Source: a virus
Reading direction: 5' to 3' (one strand)
DNA: 64,000 nt
IMG/VR virus record: IMGVR_UViG_3300050030_000022
Location: 1 to 64,000 of that record
Shown: piece by piece, positions 9,625 through 19,061 of the stretch
How positions within the stretch are numbered: position 1 is the first letter of the stretch
Layout: each line of letters begins with the position of its first letter
Position numbers and translations under genes: made by a program
The notes under the pieces: generated by a model
The model's input: the letters and a program-made list of their open reading frames with translations, nothing else
Told to the model about the DNA's origin: nothing
The model's database searches: none

Positions 9625-9870
9625 TTAAAGTTTTAATGTGTTGTCAGAGATGAATTTTTGAACCTGGGCATTGCAGAATTGAGACGCTTGCGTACTTCCC
9701 ACTACCTGTAAGATGTCGGCGGCGGCTTGCCATGCCAATACATCTACTAAACTTTCCGGGAAATCCTCACCCGCTTCAACTTTAGCCACATATAAAGCAT
9801 GGTCAATGGTGTGCGAATCCTCTACCGAGAAGTATTCTAAGGCTTTAATATATGCGGGTGCTTGTGCCAT
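9625..9870 (-). CDS. Head-tail adaptor, C-terminal half (separate ORF)
   Basis: ATG overlaps the upstream stop (TAATG at 9872-9868); LEYFS...LVDVLAWQAAADIL helical end. Confidence 0.5.
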   Translation of the reverse strand: MAQAPAYIKALEYFSVEDSHTIDHALYVAKVEAGEDFPESLVDVLAWQAAADILQVVGSTQASQFCNAQVQKFISDNTLKL

Positions 9871-10484
9871 TATTGTGCGGGTTGGAAGATTGCTGAATTT
9901 ACTTGCCATGTTGTTTGGTCTGAATAAACCCAATAGGTATTGCCTGTGCCAGAAGTGTCGCGGATCAGGAAATTATCGGCAGGCGTATAATTAGTAGCGT
10001 CACCTATGAGTTGGGTAATCTCCGCATTAGTTGGTATATCAGGATAATTACCCGTATAATATCCTGGAGTTAGAAAGCCTTGCCCATCCCCAGATGAATA
10101 GGAAGAATTGTAATACCCTATCACACAAACGGGTTTAGACGGTTTTCCCCGTGTTATGGTGTTCTTTTGCAGGTTGTAAAGGGGATGTTCCTGAGAGATG
10201 GGATGACTTATAGGGCGATCCCATTCAGTCATTTTAAAAGATGACAGTCGTAGGAAGTCAGACGGTAAAGCCACGATACCCGATCCATCCGACCGAGCAT
10301 CTTGGCTCTCAGTAGAAAAATCAGTAGGCGGAATCAGATGCAGGGGTACGGCCATTAAAATCTTCTCAGCCGCAGAGTCTAAAAACGAATCAATCAGGTT
10401 CACCGAGTCCACCTGATAGGCGGTAAACTGCGAAACCTCATCCAGTTTTTGCCTGACAATCTCCGTTATTTCCGCCCGTGTCAT
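9870..10484 (-). CDS. Head-tail adaptor, N-terminal half plus extra domain
   Basis: G.VALPSDFLRL..F.M..W.R and RGKPSKPV motifs; two genes downstream of the MCP. Confidence 0.6.
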   Translation of the reverse strand: MTRAEITEIVRQKLDEVSQFTAYQVDSVNLIDSFLDSAAEKILMAVPLHLIPPTDFSTESQDARSDGSGIVALPSDFLRLSSFKMTEWDRPISHPISQEHPLYNLQKNTITRGKPSKPVCVIGYYNSSYSSGDGQGFLTPGYYTGNYPDIPTNAEITQLIGDATNYTPADNFLIRDTSGTGNTYWVYSDQTTWQVNSAIFQPAQ

Positions 10485-10485
10485 T

Positions 10486-11079
10486 TTATTTGCTTGCTAC
10501 AAATGTTTCCCATTGGGTGAATTGCACCCCTCTTGATTTGGCCTCAGAGATGATCTGTTCATTCTTCTGCACCTGCCGGAAGGTTATGTCTTTAAAGTGT
10601 TCCATCAGGTAATTACGAGCCTGCTGGCCATTAACAACTGAATCACCTACGATGTGTGATACGGGTTCGGTTGTGATTTCCTCCAGGATTTCCTCTACGA
10701 TGTCTGTGGGTAAATCCTCGTCCGTTTCTTCCGGTATGCTCATATCCGGTGGCGTGGCTGTGCCTAAGTCGTCATGATCGGGAGCCTGCGGATGCTTGCC
10801 CGTTAGCACTTTATCGTCATCCACATTGTCCGCTTCAGGCGGATATGTTTTCTTTTCCGCAGGCAGGGGTATGGTGGAGATCAGGCGGTATTTTTTGTTG
10901 TAACCCCCAGAGTTTTCGATCCATTCCTGAATCTTGGGGTTGTTGGTGGTAAATTTGCCCTGGATTTGCCTGGGTGCAGATGTGCCGTTAATAAAAGCGA
11001 CAGGTATGTCCCTTCCTTCGATATTAGCCGTGAGATACCTGTTTAAAATTCCGATTGTTTCGTAAGTCTTGAGTGGCAT
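10486..11079 (-). CDS. Phage hypothetical protein following MCP
   Basis: 197 aa; two small domains joined by an acidic/Pro-rich linker. Confidence 0.6.
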   Translation of the reverse strand: MPLKTYETIGILNRYLTANIEGRDIPVAFINGTSAPRQIQGKFTTNNPKIQEWIENSGGYNKKYRLISTIPLPAEKKTYPPEADNVDDDKVLTGKHPQAPDHDDLGTATPPDMSIPEETDEDLPTDIVEEILEEITTEPVSHIVGDSVVNGQQARNYLMEHFKDITFRQVQKNEQIISEAKSRGVQFTQWETFVASK

Positions 11080-11127
11080 AATAAATGATTTTTGTGAAAA
11101 GTAGTTATAAGTTGTGAAAAATGCTTA

Positions 11128-11160
11128 TATAACCCGGAAGGTTTGAATTTCCGGGTTATA
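11128..11160 (-). terminator. Hairpin downstream of MCP
   Basis: TATAACCCGGAA-N9-TTCCGGGTTATA, a perfect 12-bp stem. Confidence 0.7.
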
Positions 11161-11179
11161 GTTTGCATTTATAGTTTGG

Positions 11180-12541
11180 TTAGCTGCCTGAACCGGCAGA
11201 TGGTTCGATAATAAAATGGGTGGCCGGGTAACGAGTTGCGATGCAGAAGGTTTCATCAATCTTGTACGCATCTGCGTTTTTCTGTCCCGATCCCTTGAGG
11301 TCGATTTTGGTTGAGGCCATTGATTTAAAGACGTGGCGTTCGATGTTGTTCACATCCAGTACCATTCCTTTTGCAGCCCAACCGACATCGTTAAATAAGT
11401 TGTGGTGCTTCACGGCCAGAGTTCCAAAACTGGTCTCGATCATGTTGAATTTGATACCGAATTTGACCTCTGTTCCTTTGGCCTCAATCTGTTTGACAAC
11501 CGAAGATACTGACATCATATCCGTCATCAGGTCTTTCCCGGCGAACAGAACTCTGGTGTCTGAACCTGAATTGCCCGTAAAGACATCCCTTGCCCACTCG
11601 TTAAATCTTTTCTCGGTCATTGCACCGGATGTGTATTCCAAAGCGTTATCGGCATAACGATAGATACCACCTGAGAAGTATTTCCAGTCTTCACCTTCGG
11701 GGTCGTATTTATAACCCCTTGCTCCAAACAGGGAGGTCAGTTCAAATGACCTACGCATATCGTACAAAGCCTGTAAACGATAGTCGGTGATGTCCCAGTT
11801 GACCTCTTTGTTATGCAAGGCCAGGTATGCACCTTCCTCCACCTGCGCCATGTGAATTTGGCAAAAATTGTAGGTTTTCGAGGGGAAGGTCGTGTACGGT
11901 GTGGTCTGAGCGTCATTTTCGTTCTTGGCGTTACCGATACGAATGATGGTCGTGGTCTGTGGGATGTCAGGCACTAAGTCCTCATCGACACCCAAACCGT
12001 TGACCGCAATTACGGAGATCGTTTTCGGCCCGGTATTTTTAGCCACGATATGCAACACCAATTCTTTACCGTCACCTCCGTCAATACCCTGTACCAGTAC
12101 ATTGTCGTCAACGGCGAAGATATGAATGTCGGTTACGGTGATGGTGTTTATATCACCAGTGGAATCAACTGTACCCGAAGCGGAAGTATCAAATGATACA
12201 GCTACGGTAGTGGAGATACCCCTTACATCGGATGAGTACCATTCTGTTTTCCATGCACCTACATCAACGGTGAGTCCGATGTTTCGCAGAATGGTGTCCA
12301 AAGGGGTTGCCGCCGGTTTCATTTCCGTTATTTTCTTGGAAATTTCGGTCAGCAATAGTTCGCTTGATGCGGCTGCGGCAACTGCCGTGTCCGGTGTGGC
12401 CTGTGAGACCGCACCTGCGCCTGCGGCAAATGCCAGGGTTACACCCGCTCCTAAGAGAGCAGGAAGAAAAGCAAAGGCTGCGGCCGATACTAAAATCACC
12501 ACCACAGTCAATACTGCCATGAATATGTCACGTGTTTTCAT
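11180..12541 (-). CDS. Major capsid protein with hydrophobic N-terminal leader
   Basis: 453 aa, after a scaffold-like gene and followed by a hairpin. KITEMKPAATPLD, YNFCQI, MRRSFELTSLFG, FSGGI, IETSFGTL resemble the SU10/DUF5309-like HK97-fold MCP group. Confidence 0.8.
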   Translation of the reverse strand: MKTRDIFMAVLTVVVILVSAAAFAFLPALLGAGVTLAFAAGAGAVSQATPDTAVAAAASSELLLTEISKKITEMKPAATPLDTILRNIGLTVDVGAWKTEWYSSDVRGISTTVAVSFDTSASGTVDSTGDINTITVTDIHIFAVDDNVLVQGIDGGDGKELVLHIVAKNTGPKTISVIAVNGLGVDEDLVPDIPQTTTIIRIGNAKNENDAQTTPYTTFPSKTYNFCQIHMAQVEEGAYLALHNKEVNWDITDYRLQALYDMRRSFELTSLFGARGYKYDPEGEDWKYFSGGIYRYADNALEYTSGAMTEKRFNEWARDVFTGNSGSDTRVLFAGKDLMTDMMSVSSVVKQIEAKGTEVKFGIKFNMIETSFGTLAVKHHNLFNDVGWAAKGMVLDVNNIERHVFKSMASTKIDLKGSGQKNADAYKIDETFCIATRYPATHFIIEPSAGSGS

Positions 12542-12559
12542 TTTCGTTTTGGTTTATGT

Positions 12560-13555
12560 TTATTTAAAGCGTTCGTGTTGTCTGTTATAGCCGTCCACCA
12601 AATTGGTGATCATTCTTGTACCCTCATCTGCTTTCGGGACGGGCTTTGTTTCTCCTCCCTTAGATAAATCGGGTAGACCATCCCCTGTTGGTGTGGCTTT
12701 TGTTACTTTTTCTTTTATGGCTTCGTTGCGTCCTTTTACTTCGGCCACTTTGGAAGCCTGTTGAATTTGAGAGTCTGCCGTCCGTGCCCGGTGCAGGGCG
12801 TTTAAAAATCCCTTATCCACTTTACCATTGTATACATCAGCCAGGATTTGATCGGCGTATTTTGCAAATTCCTCCAACCCAGCCTGATCCAACTTGTTTT
12901 CCTCGGCAAACTCCCGGAGGTTCTGAGCGGCGATCTTGCGGTTCTCGGCGTAACTTTCCGTCCATTTCTGGCGGTCGGTAAATTGCTGCTCCCTCTGTTT
13001 TTTCTGTTCTGCCCACTTTTCGTTTTTAGGGATATAGTCATCGGCTAAAACGACCTCCCTTAATACCTTTCTCTGCTCTGCGTCAAGGTTCAAAGCAAGG
13101 GCTTCGGTGAAGTCCGCCCCCTCGTCCATGTCCTGTAACGCACCTACCAGTTCGGGATGGGCGTTAAACAGGGTCATTACCTTTTGATTGGCCTCCCGGT
13201 TCTTTTGTTGATAAGTTTCCAGGTCTTTGATGTGCCGGTAGGCTTTGCGGTCTGCCTTATCATCATCGTCCAACCCATCGTCTTTGTACTTTTCCCGGAT
13301 GTAATCTTTGACCGGACGGTAATCATCATCCCCCACGACTTCTTTAGTTTCGTGGTTCATCGTATCTGTTCCAGCTTTGTCAAAGGACTGTTGGATGGAT
13401 TCACCACCCTCACCGGCGGGCTGTCCGCCACCTTGTGCTCCCTCAGTTTTACCCTCAGTTACTCCCTCGGTCTGCGCCGGGGCTTGTTGACTTTGTGTTG
13501 ATTCACCTTGACTCCCCGCGTTGCCTGCGGATTGTCCTGCTGCTGATTCGCTCAT
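12560..13555 (-). CDS. Capsid scaffold protein
   Basis: Low-complexity acidic N-terminus and coiled coils; directly upstream of the MCP. Confidence 0.7.
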   Translation of the reverse strand: MSESAAGQSAGNAGSQGESTQSQQAPAQTEGVTEGKTEGAQGGGQPAGEGGESIQQSFDKAGTDTMNHETKEVVGDDDYRPVKDYIREKYKDDGLDDDDKADRKAYRHIKDLETYQQKNREANQKVMTLFNAHPELVGALQDMDEGADFTEALALNLDAEQRKVLREVVLADDYIPKNEKWAEQKKQREQQFTDRQKWTESYAENRKIAAQNLREFAEENKLDQAGLEEFAKYADQILADVYNGKVDKGFLNALHRARTADSQIQQASKVAEVKGRNEAIKEKVTKATPTGDGLPDLSKGGETKPVPKADEGTRMITNLVDGYNRQHERFK

Positions 13556-13603
13556 AAAATAGGTTATTAGTTAGACATTGCGCTACTTGCGTTTAGTGGG
13601 CAG

Positions 13604-13642
13604 TAAAATTAGGGGAGTGTAACCGAAATAAAAGCGATAAAT
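13604..13642 (-). promoter_or_regulatory. Class-2 (putative late) promoter for the capsid/lysis operon
   Basis: Minus strand ATTTATCGC-N22-TAATTTTA. Confidence 0.65.
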
Positions 13643-13652
13643 TCGTACTGTT

Positions 13653-13685
13653 TTGCTAATATTCGTGCAAAATGTGTTACATTTG
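13653..13685 (+). promoter_or_regulatory. Class-1 promoter
   Basis: TTGC-N8-GTGCA-N8-TACATTTG. Confidence 0.7.
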
Positions 13686-13707
13686 CGAGAAACATAATTT
13701 TAATGCT

Positions 13708-14154
13708 ATGAAAAATCGTCCAAGATTTAGAATTTGGGATAAGGAAGAAGGTAGATTCTTTACGCCAATTTACGAGGCATTTGAGGGCAGGTGGTTGGAT
13801 TTGAGCATCGAAACCAACGGTAGGATATTACGGCACACCCTTAAATTTCCCGCCGAAGACGAAAGTCAATTTGAGGATCGTTACGAAATCCAAGAATACG
13901 CCGATTTGAAATCTAAAGATGGTGATAGGATTTTTGAGGGGGATATTCTTGCATTTAAATCACAGTCATTTATCAGTATGTTGGGTGGCGAGGGGTTGAT
14001 TAATCGGATCGGAGTGGTTGAGTGGGACAGGGAAGAATTACAGTGGTGGGTAAGGTGTGGCACTGAGGGCTTTAAACCCAATCGCAAAACAGACAATAAA
14101 CAATTTAAGATTATTGGTAATATTTACCAAAATCCAGACTTAATCAAACCATAA
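13708..14154 (+). CDS. YopX-family phage protein
   Basis: RFRIWDK, DLKSKDGDRIFEGDIL, IIGNIYQNPDL; start placed after the promoter. Confidence 0.8.
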   Translation: MKNRPRFRIWDKEEGRFFTPIYEAFEGRWLDLSIETNGRILRHTLKFPAEDESQFEDRYEIQEYADLKSKDGDRIFEGDILAFKSQSFISMLGGEGLINRIGVVEWDREELQWWVRCGTEGFKPNRKTDNKQFKIIGNIYQNPDLIKP

Positions 14155-14158
14155 CTAT

Positions 14159-14461
14159 ATGTCCAAAACTCAAAACAAACTAAAGCCACTGGCTGTTTTC
14201 CAGACCTACCAGGAACTCATTAAGGAATACCGGGAAAAGCACGGGGAGATCGCCAACCGGGTCGATAAGAACTGGATGTACGAACAAGTAGCCCAAAGAT
14301 TTATGATTTCCGCAAAGTACGCAGGGCAACTCATTCGCTTTGTAATGACCCATCAGAAAGAATTTGAGCCGTACAAACACGATATACTGGAGGTGATGGA
14401 GGCACTCAGGAAGGTTAAAAGCCCGGTTAATAAATTCGACCCAATGGATGCGTGTAAATGA
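14159..14461 (+). CDS. Small helical protein, possibly DNA-binding
   Basis: MYEQVAQRFMISAKYAGQLI is HTH-like. Confidence 0.4.
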   Translation: MSKTQNKLKPLAVFQTYQELIKEYREKHGEIANRVDKNWMYEQVAQRFMISAKYAGQLIRFVMTHQKEFEPYKHDILEVMEALRKVKSPVNKFDPMDACK

Positions 14462-14766
14462 AATTCGATTGTAAGCAATGTGGTCGCTGCTGCCGCCACG
14501 TACAATTCACTACTGAATCGGCACGGCTGTTAATCGCTCAGGGCAACGAAAGTGAGGTAATGAAAGAGTTGGCGGAGTTCCCTTACGGGTGGGATGAAAA
14601 CGGGTGGTGCGAACATTTAAAGGATAATCGTTGCGACATTTATCGCACCCGACCCGACATCTGCAATGTTTATAAGTTCTGGGAAAAGTACCTGAAAGAT
14701 AAAATGACGCTGAAACAATGTTATGAGGTTAATAAACGGGGGTGTGAAATACTGAATAAAGAATGA
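14458..14766 (+). CDS. YkgJ/CxxCxxCC family cysteine-cluster protein
   Basis: CKQCGRCC ... CEHL...CDIYRTRPDIC. Confidence 0.8.
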   Translation: MKFDCKQCGRCCRHVQFTTESARLLIAQGNESEVMKELAEFPYGWDENGWCEHLKDNRCDIYRTRPDICNVYKFWEKYLKDKMTLKQCYEVNKRGCEILNKE

Positions 14767-15413
14767 GGATATTAATAGCCTGTGAAGAAAGTCAGACGGT
14801 ATGCAAGGCATTCCGGGCAAAAGGACACGAAGCCTATTCAAACGATATTATCGAATGTTCAGGTGGACATCCTGAATGGCATTTACAGATGGATGTACTG
14901 GAAGCGATTAAGTTAATGGATTGGGATTTAATAGGGATGCACCCGCCTTGCACGGCTATGACATTATCAGGAAACAGGCATTATGGGCCGGGTAAACCCA
15001 AACACTGGCAAAGAGTTGAGGCGGTCGAATGGACTTATAATTTATGGCGGATTGCTTGCAAAAAATCTGAAAAGGTTTACATGGAAAATCCTATCGGAGC
15101 AATGAATACTGATTCGAGATTCCCTAAACCTCAAATTATACAGCCTTACTATTTTGGTGATGAGTTTCAGAAAACTACCTGTTTATGGTTAAAAGGATTG
15201 TCAATATTATTACACATAAAAGAAGATGATTTATTTGATAATAAAACCCATGTAGGCAAAGGTGAAATGGTGACATTTAAAAGCGGTAAAGTTATGCCTA
15301 AATGGTTTGCAGATTCACCAAGTACGAACAATCCGGATAACGCAAAACTTAGATCAGTTACATTCCCCGGAATTGCGGAAGCTATGGCGGCTCAATGGGG
15401 TTTATTATGTTAA
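14763..15413 (+). CDS. Phage DNA cytosine methyltransferase-like protein
   Basis: ILIACEES, HPPCT (PC motif), ENP, KTTCLWL, RSVTFPGIAEAMAAQW. Confidence 0.7.
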   Translation: MRILIACEESQTVCKAFRAKGHEAYSNDIIECSGGHPEWHLQMDVLEAIKLMDWDLIGMHPPCTAMTLSGNRHYGPGKPKHWQRVEAVEWTYNLWRIACKKSEKVYMENPIGAMNTDSRFPKPQIIQPYYFGDEFQKTTCLWLKGLSILLHIKEDDLFDNKTHVGKGEMVTFKSGKVMPKWFADSPSTNNPDNAKLRSVTFPGIAEAMAAQWGLLC

Positions 15414-17377
15414 ACATCCCCGACATACTCATTGAAAACACCCGCCGTAAAGCGGAACTGTTTGCCCCTTACGACCCGGTATTAGGCACGGGTTCTCCCT
15501 TAGACCGCTATCCTTTAATCATTGACGAAAACACCACTCACAACATCCCGATTCAAATGATGGAAGTGGACTGGATTCGCCAGGTGGATGAGGCGGGTGG
15601 TCTGGTAAAGTCCATGCAGAACATTGAAGGGCTTACCGAGGAATTAATCATTGAACTTTGGGGAGAGTATGTCAATATCCGGTGCAAGTACGATTTTGAG
15701 TATTGGGCGGCGACACAGGCGCATATTAAAGACAAGGAAACGGGAACTCCAGTCTTATTTGTACTTAATAAACCACAACGCAGATACCTTAAACAGTTAG
15801 AGGATTTAAGACTCAACGATCAACCCATTCGTATTGTCATTCTAAAAGCCCGTCAATGGGGTGGGTCAACCTTGACCCAAATTTATATGCTTTGGATTCA
15901 GACTTTTTGGAAAATGGGTTGGTCAAGTGTAGTGTGCGCTGATGTAAAGGACAAGGCAAAACATATTCGCGGGATGTTCTCCTATCTTGCTAAACGGCAC
16001 AATATAGATATTGCTAAAATTACTTTACAACCTTACCAACAATCCCAAGAGCATAAACAATACACAGAACGGGATTGTATGATTGGGGTTGGGAGTGCTG
16101 AAAATCCCACTACCTTTAATGCCTATTCGTTCTATATGGCACACTTGAGCGAGATTGGGCTGTATAAAAAGACGGCTATGACCGACCCAAAAGAATTAGT
16201 GCAATCCATCGCGTCAGTCGTCCCCGATCTACCGTATACCTTAATTGTAAAAGAATCAACTGCCCGTGGAGTGGGTACATTATTCCATGATGAATGGATC
16301 AAGTCAGAAAATGGGACAAGTGGATATGCCCCTGTATTTGTTTCATGGTTTGCTGATCCACGGAACGTGTTGCCCATTTCCAACCTGACGCAATTTGTTA
16401 AAACCATGACCCCGAAAGATTGGGAACGGTGGGAAAAGGGCGCAACCTTAGAGGGCATTCACTGGTATAATGAACAAAAACGGAAAGAAAATTTTGATGA
16501 TGTTTCGATGGGTGAGAACTTCCCGACCGATCCGCAGGAAGCGTTTATGTCGTCCGGCAGAAGGGCGTTCCAATCGGTCTATGTGAACCGCGCCCGTAAG
16601 ACGTGTTGTGACCCGATTTTTGTAGGGGACATTTATGGGGATTCCATGAAGGGCAAGGAAGCATTAAATAACATTCACTTAGAAGAAAAGCCCAACGGGG
16701 AACTCCGTGTATGGCTGATGCCCGATAAGGAACCGGGTGTTACCCAAAGAGGATGTGTTACCGTGGACATCGGGGGCAGGACGCAGGGGGCGGACTGGTC
16801 TGTAATCAAAGGGTTTGATAGGGTATATCAGGCAGAGGGTGGTGTACCGGAGGTTGCGTTTGTGTGGGCGGGGCACATGGATCAAGACCTTGTTTCGTGG
16901 AAGGCGGCGCAACTTGGTATGTTATGGTATAAGAGTTTGTTGATTGTCGAAGTTAATTCCCTGGATTCAGACGAGGATTCCGAGGGCGACCACGCAATGA
17001 CGATACTGGACGAGATTGCAGAATTTTACCCTAATTTGTACGCCCGTGTCGATCCTGAAAAAGTCAAATTAGGTGCACCCGTCTTGTATGGATTTCATAA
17101 TAACAAGAAAACCCGCCCGATGATCATTGACGACTTAAACGGTGCATTAAGAGATCAGATGTATATTGAACATGACTCCCGTGCTTGTGATGAAATGGAT
17201 TGGTTTGTGATGTCTAACAAAGGCAAGTACGAGGCGCAGGAAGGTAAAAATGATGACATGGTTATTACAACCGCACTGGGAACTTGGGCGTGTAATAGCT
17301 ATATGGACACCCCGCACGTTATTAATAAGGAAGCGAAGAAACGGACGGGTAGGGCAGTGTCAGAAGCAACGATGTAA
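15395..17377 (+). CDS. terL: Terminase large subunit
   Basis: Walker A ILKARQWGGST, Walker B AHLSE, ESTA coupling motif, nuclease TVDIGG and NDDMV. Confidence 0.9.
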   Translation: MGFIMLNIPDILIENTRRKAELFAPYDPVLGTGSPLDRYPLIIDENTTHNIPIQMMEVDWIRQVDEAGGLVKSMQNIEGLTEELIIELWGEYVNIRCKYDFEYWAATQAHIKDKETGTPVLFVLNKPQRRYLKQLEDLRLNDQPIRIVILKARQWGGSTLTQIYMLWIQTFWKMGWSSVVCADVKDKAKHIRGMFSYLAKRHNIDIAKITLQPYQQSQEHKQYTERDCMIGVGSAENPTTFNAYSFYMAHLSEIGLYKKTAMTDPKELVQSIASVVPDLPYTLIVKESTARGVGTLFHDEWIKSENGTSGYAPVFVSWFADPRNVLPISNLTQFVKTMTPKDWERWEKGATLEGIHWYNEQKRKENFDDVSMGENFPTDPQEAFMSSGRRAFQSVYVNRARKTCCDPIFVGDIYGDSMKGKEALNNIHLEEKPNGELRVWLMPDKEPGVTQRGCVTVDIGGRTQGADWSVIKGFDRVYQAEGGVPEVAFVWAGHMDQDLVSWKAAQLGMLWYKSLLIVEVNSLDSDEDSEGDHAMTILDEIAEFYPNLYARVDPEKVKLGAPVLYGFHNNKKTRPMIIDDLNGALRDQMYIEHDSRACDEMDWFVMSNKGKYEAQEGKNDDMVITTALGTWACNSYMDTPHVINKEAKKRTGRAVSEATM

Positions 17378-17388
17378 ATTGAAAATAA

Positions 17389-17421
17389 TTGTCAAACCGT
17401 GTGCAAATCTTAGTATATTCG
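17389..17421 (+). promoter_or_regulatory. Class-1 promoter for the glycan cluster
   Basis: TTGT-N8-GTGCA-N8-TATATTCG. Confidence 0.7.
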
Positions 17422-17437
17422 CAACAAAATTAAGGAT

Positions 17438-17641
17438 ATGAAAATTTTATTATTACTGATTATCTTAATGTTATTCGGATGTAATTATGCGCCCGTTAAA
17501 CCTCTGATCGTGACTAAGGTAGAATACGATTTTCGTTCGATGAGTTATACGGTAATTGATGGTCGCGATGCCACTTTCCATTATCAAATCCCATACAATG
17601 ACGGTGACGAGATATTCAAGATTGGAGATACCTTAAAATAA
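17438..17641 (+). CDS. Small lipoprotein
   Basis: MKILLLLIILMLFG|C lipobox. Confidence 0.65.
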   Translation: MKILLLLIILMLFGCNYAPVKPLIVTKVEYDFRSMSYTVIDGRDATFHYQIPYNDGDEIFKIGDTLK

Positions 17642-17649
17642 CCAAACCC

Positions 17650-18768
17650 ATGATTTGCAAAAGATGTTTATATTCTGACGACATACTTGGTGTGACTTTA
17701 AACGCCGAATCCGTCTGCAACTTTTGTCAACTCCACGACCGCCTTGAAAAGCAATATCCTATTTCGTGGGCTGACCTAAGTACAACCTTTGAACGGGTAA
17801 AGTCCCGTGGCAAAGGTCACAAGTACGACTGCCTGGTGGGTATCTCCGGTGGGATTGATTCTACCTTTATGCTACATTTATGCAAGGTTCACCAGGTAAG
17901 GGTATTGCCGTTCCACATGGACAACGGTTTCAACACCGAGCAGGCTGAACACAACATGCGAGCCATTTGCGAGTATACTGGCTATAAAATGGAACGCTTT
18001 ATTGTCCCGTCTGAAAAATGGCGCAAGGTTAATGTCGCTGTTTTAATGGCCGGAGTGAGTGACGCAGACATCCCCAATGATATTGCGATGGCAAAACTGA
18101 TGTTGGACACCGCACACGCCCAGGATTGCCCTATTATTTTAAACGGTCACTCATTCCGCAACGAAGGCTCAGTGCCGATTGGTTGGACTTACATGGACGG
18201 TGCTTACCTGAAAGATATGTACCGCCGTTACTGGCATGAGGAATTAACCGGCTTTCCTATTCTGACGGTATGGGATCAGATCAAAGCATCCCTGAGAGGA
18301 ATCAAACATGAACGCCCGTTGTATCATTTGGGGCTGACCAAAGAGGAGCAAATTATAATACTGGAGGGTGTCATTGATTTTAAGCGGTATCAGGGCAGGC
18401 ATTGCGAGAACGATTACACCGCTTTCGCCGGGTGGCTCACATACCAACGGTTCGGGATTGACAAGCGCATCATCGACCTTTCGGCTCAAATCAGGTCGGG
18501 TCGTATCAGCAAGTGGGATGCGCAGGTCGTGTTAAAAAGTAGCCCCGGAAGACTTGCCCAACACACAATAGATCGGGTAACACATTTTCTATCCGTGGAT
18601 GAACTCATGGTTATCCCGTTTGTAACCGGGATTCGCAAGATGTTTTACGAGTTCCACACCTATCAAAAGACGTTCCGGCGTTACAGGTGGTTGGTGAAAA
18701 TCGGGGTTGTTTTGCGATTCCTTCCTGAAACCTTCTTAAAAAAGTATTGTCAGAAACTTAAATATTAA
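17650..18768 (+). CDS. N-acetyl-sugar amidotransferase (WbuX/WbpG-like, PP-loop)
   Basis: CKRC..VCNFC, KYDCLVGISGGIDST, HMDNGFN, GHSFRNEG, RFGIDKR..LSAQIRSG. Confidence 0.85.
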   Translation: MICKRCLYSDDILGVTLNAESVCNFCQLHDRLEKQYPISWADLSTTFERVKSRGKGHKYDCLVGISGGIDSTFMLHLCKVHQVRVLPFHMDNGFNTEQAEHNMRAICEYTGYKMERFIVPSEKWRKVNVAVLMAGVSDADIPNDIAMAKLMLDTAHAQDCPIILNGHSFRNEGSVPIGWTYMDGAYLKDMYRRYWHEELTGFPILTVWDQIKASLRGIKHERPLYHLGLTKEEQIIILEGVIDFKRYQGRHCENDYTAFAGWLTYQRFGIDKRIIDLSAQIRSGRISKWDAQVVLKSSPGRLAQHTIDRVTHFLSVDELMVIPFVTGIRKMFYEFHTYQKTFRRYRWLVKIGVVLRFLPETFLKKYCQKLKY

Positions 18769-18772
18769 AGAT

Positions 18773-19060
18773 ATGATAATGCAAAAATCATCCGTAAGGC
18801 GTACACTCAGAACCATCCGGCGTGAATATAGTCAGGAAATATCCAACATCGAAAAGTTAATCAAGGACGCGATCAAAGAAGGCAAAGACCATATTGAGTA
18901 TACCACCCCTGATTTTCTTACCAAAAAGAACTATACGCATGGCGGTGAATATCAAGATTACGGAGTTATCGCCAAAATCAAGTATTATTTTTATAAGCAT
19001 GATTATACGGTGAATAATCAAAGTGGTTATAACGATTTTCGCATTGTAATATCGTGGTAA
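18773..19060 (+). CDS. Phage hypothetical protein
   Basis: 95 aa ending IVISW; similar layout to 21572-21787. Confidence 0.5.
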   Translation: MIMQKSSVRRTLRTIRREYSQEISNIEKLIKDAIKEGKDHIEYTTPDFLTKKNYTHGGEYQDYGVIAKIKYYFYKHDYTVNNQSGYNDFRIVISW

Positions 19061-19061
19061 A

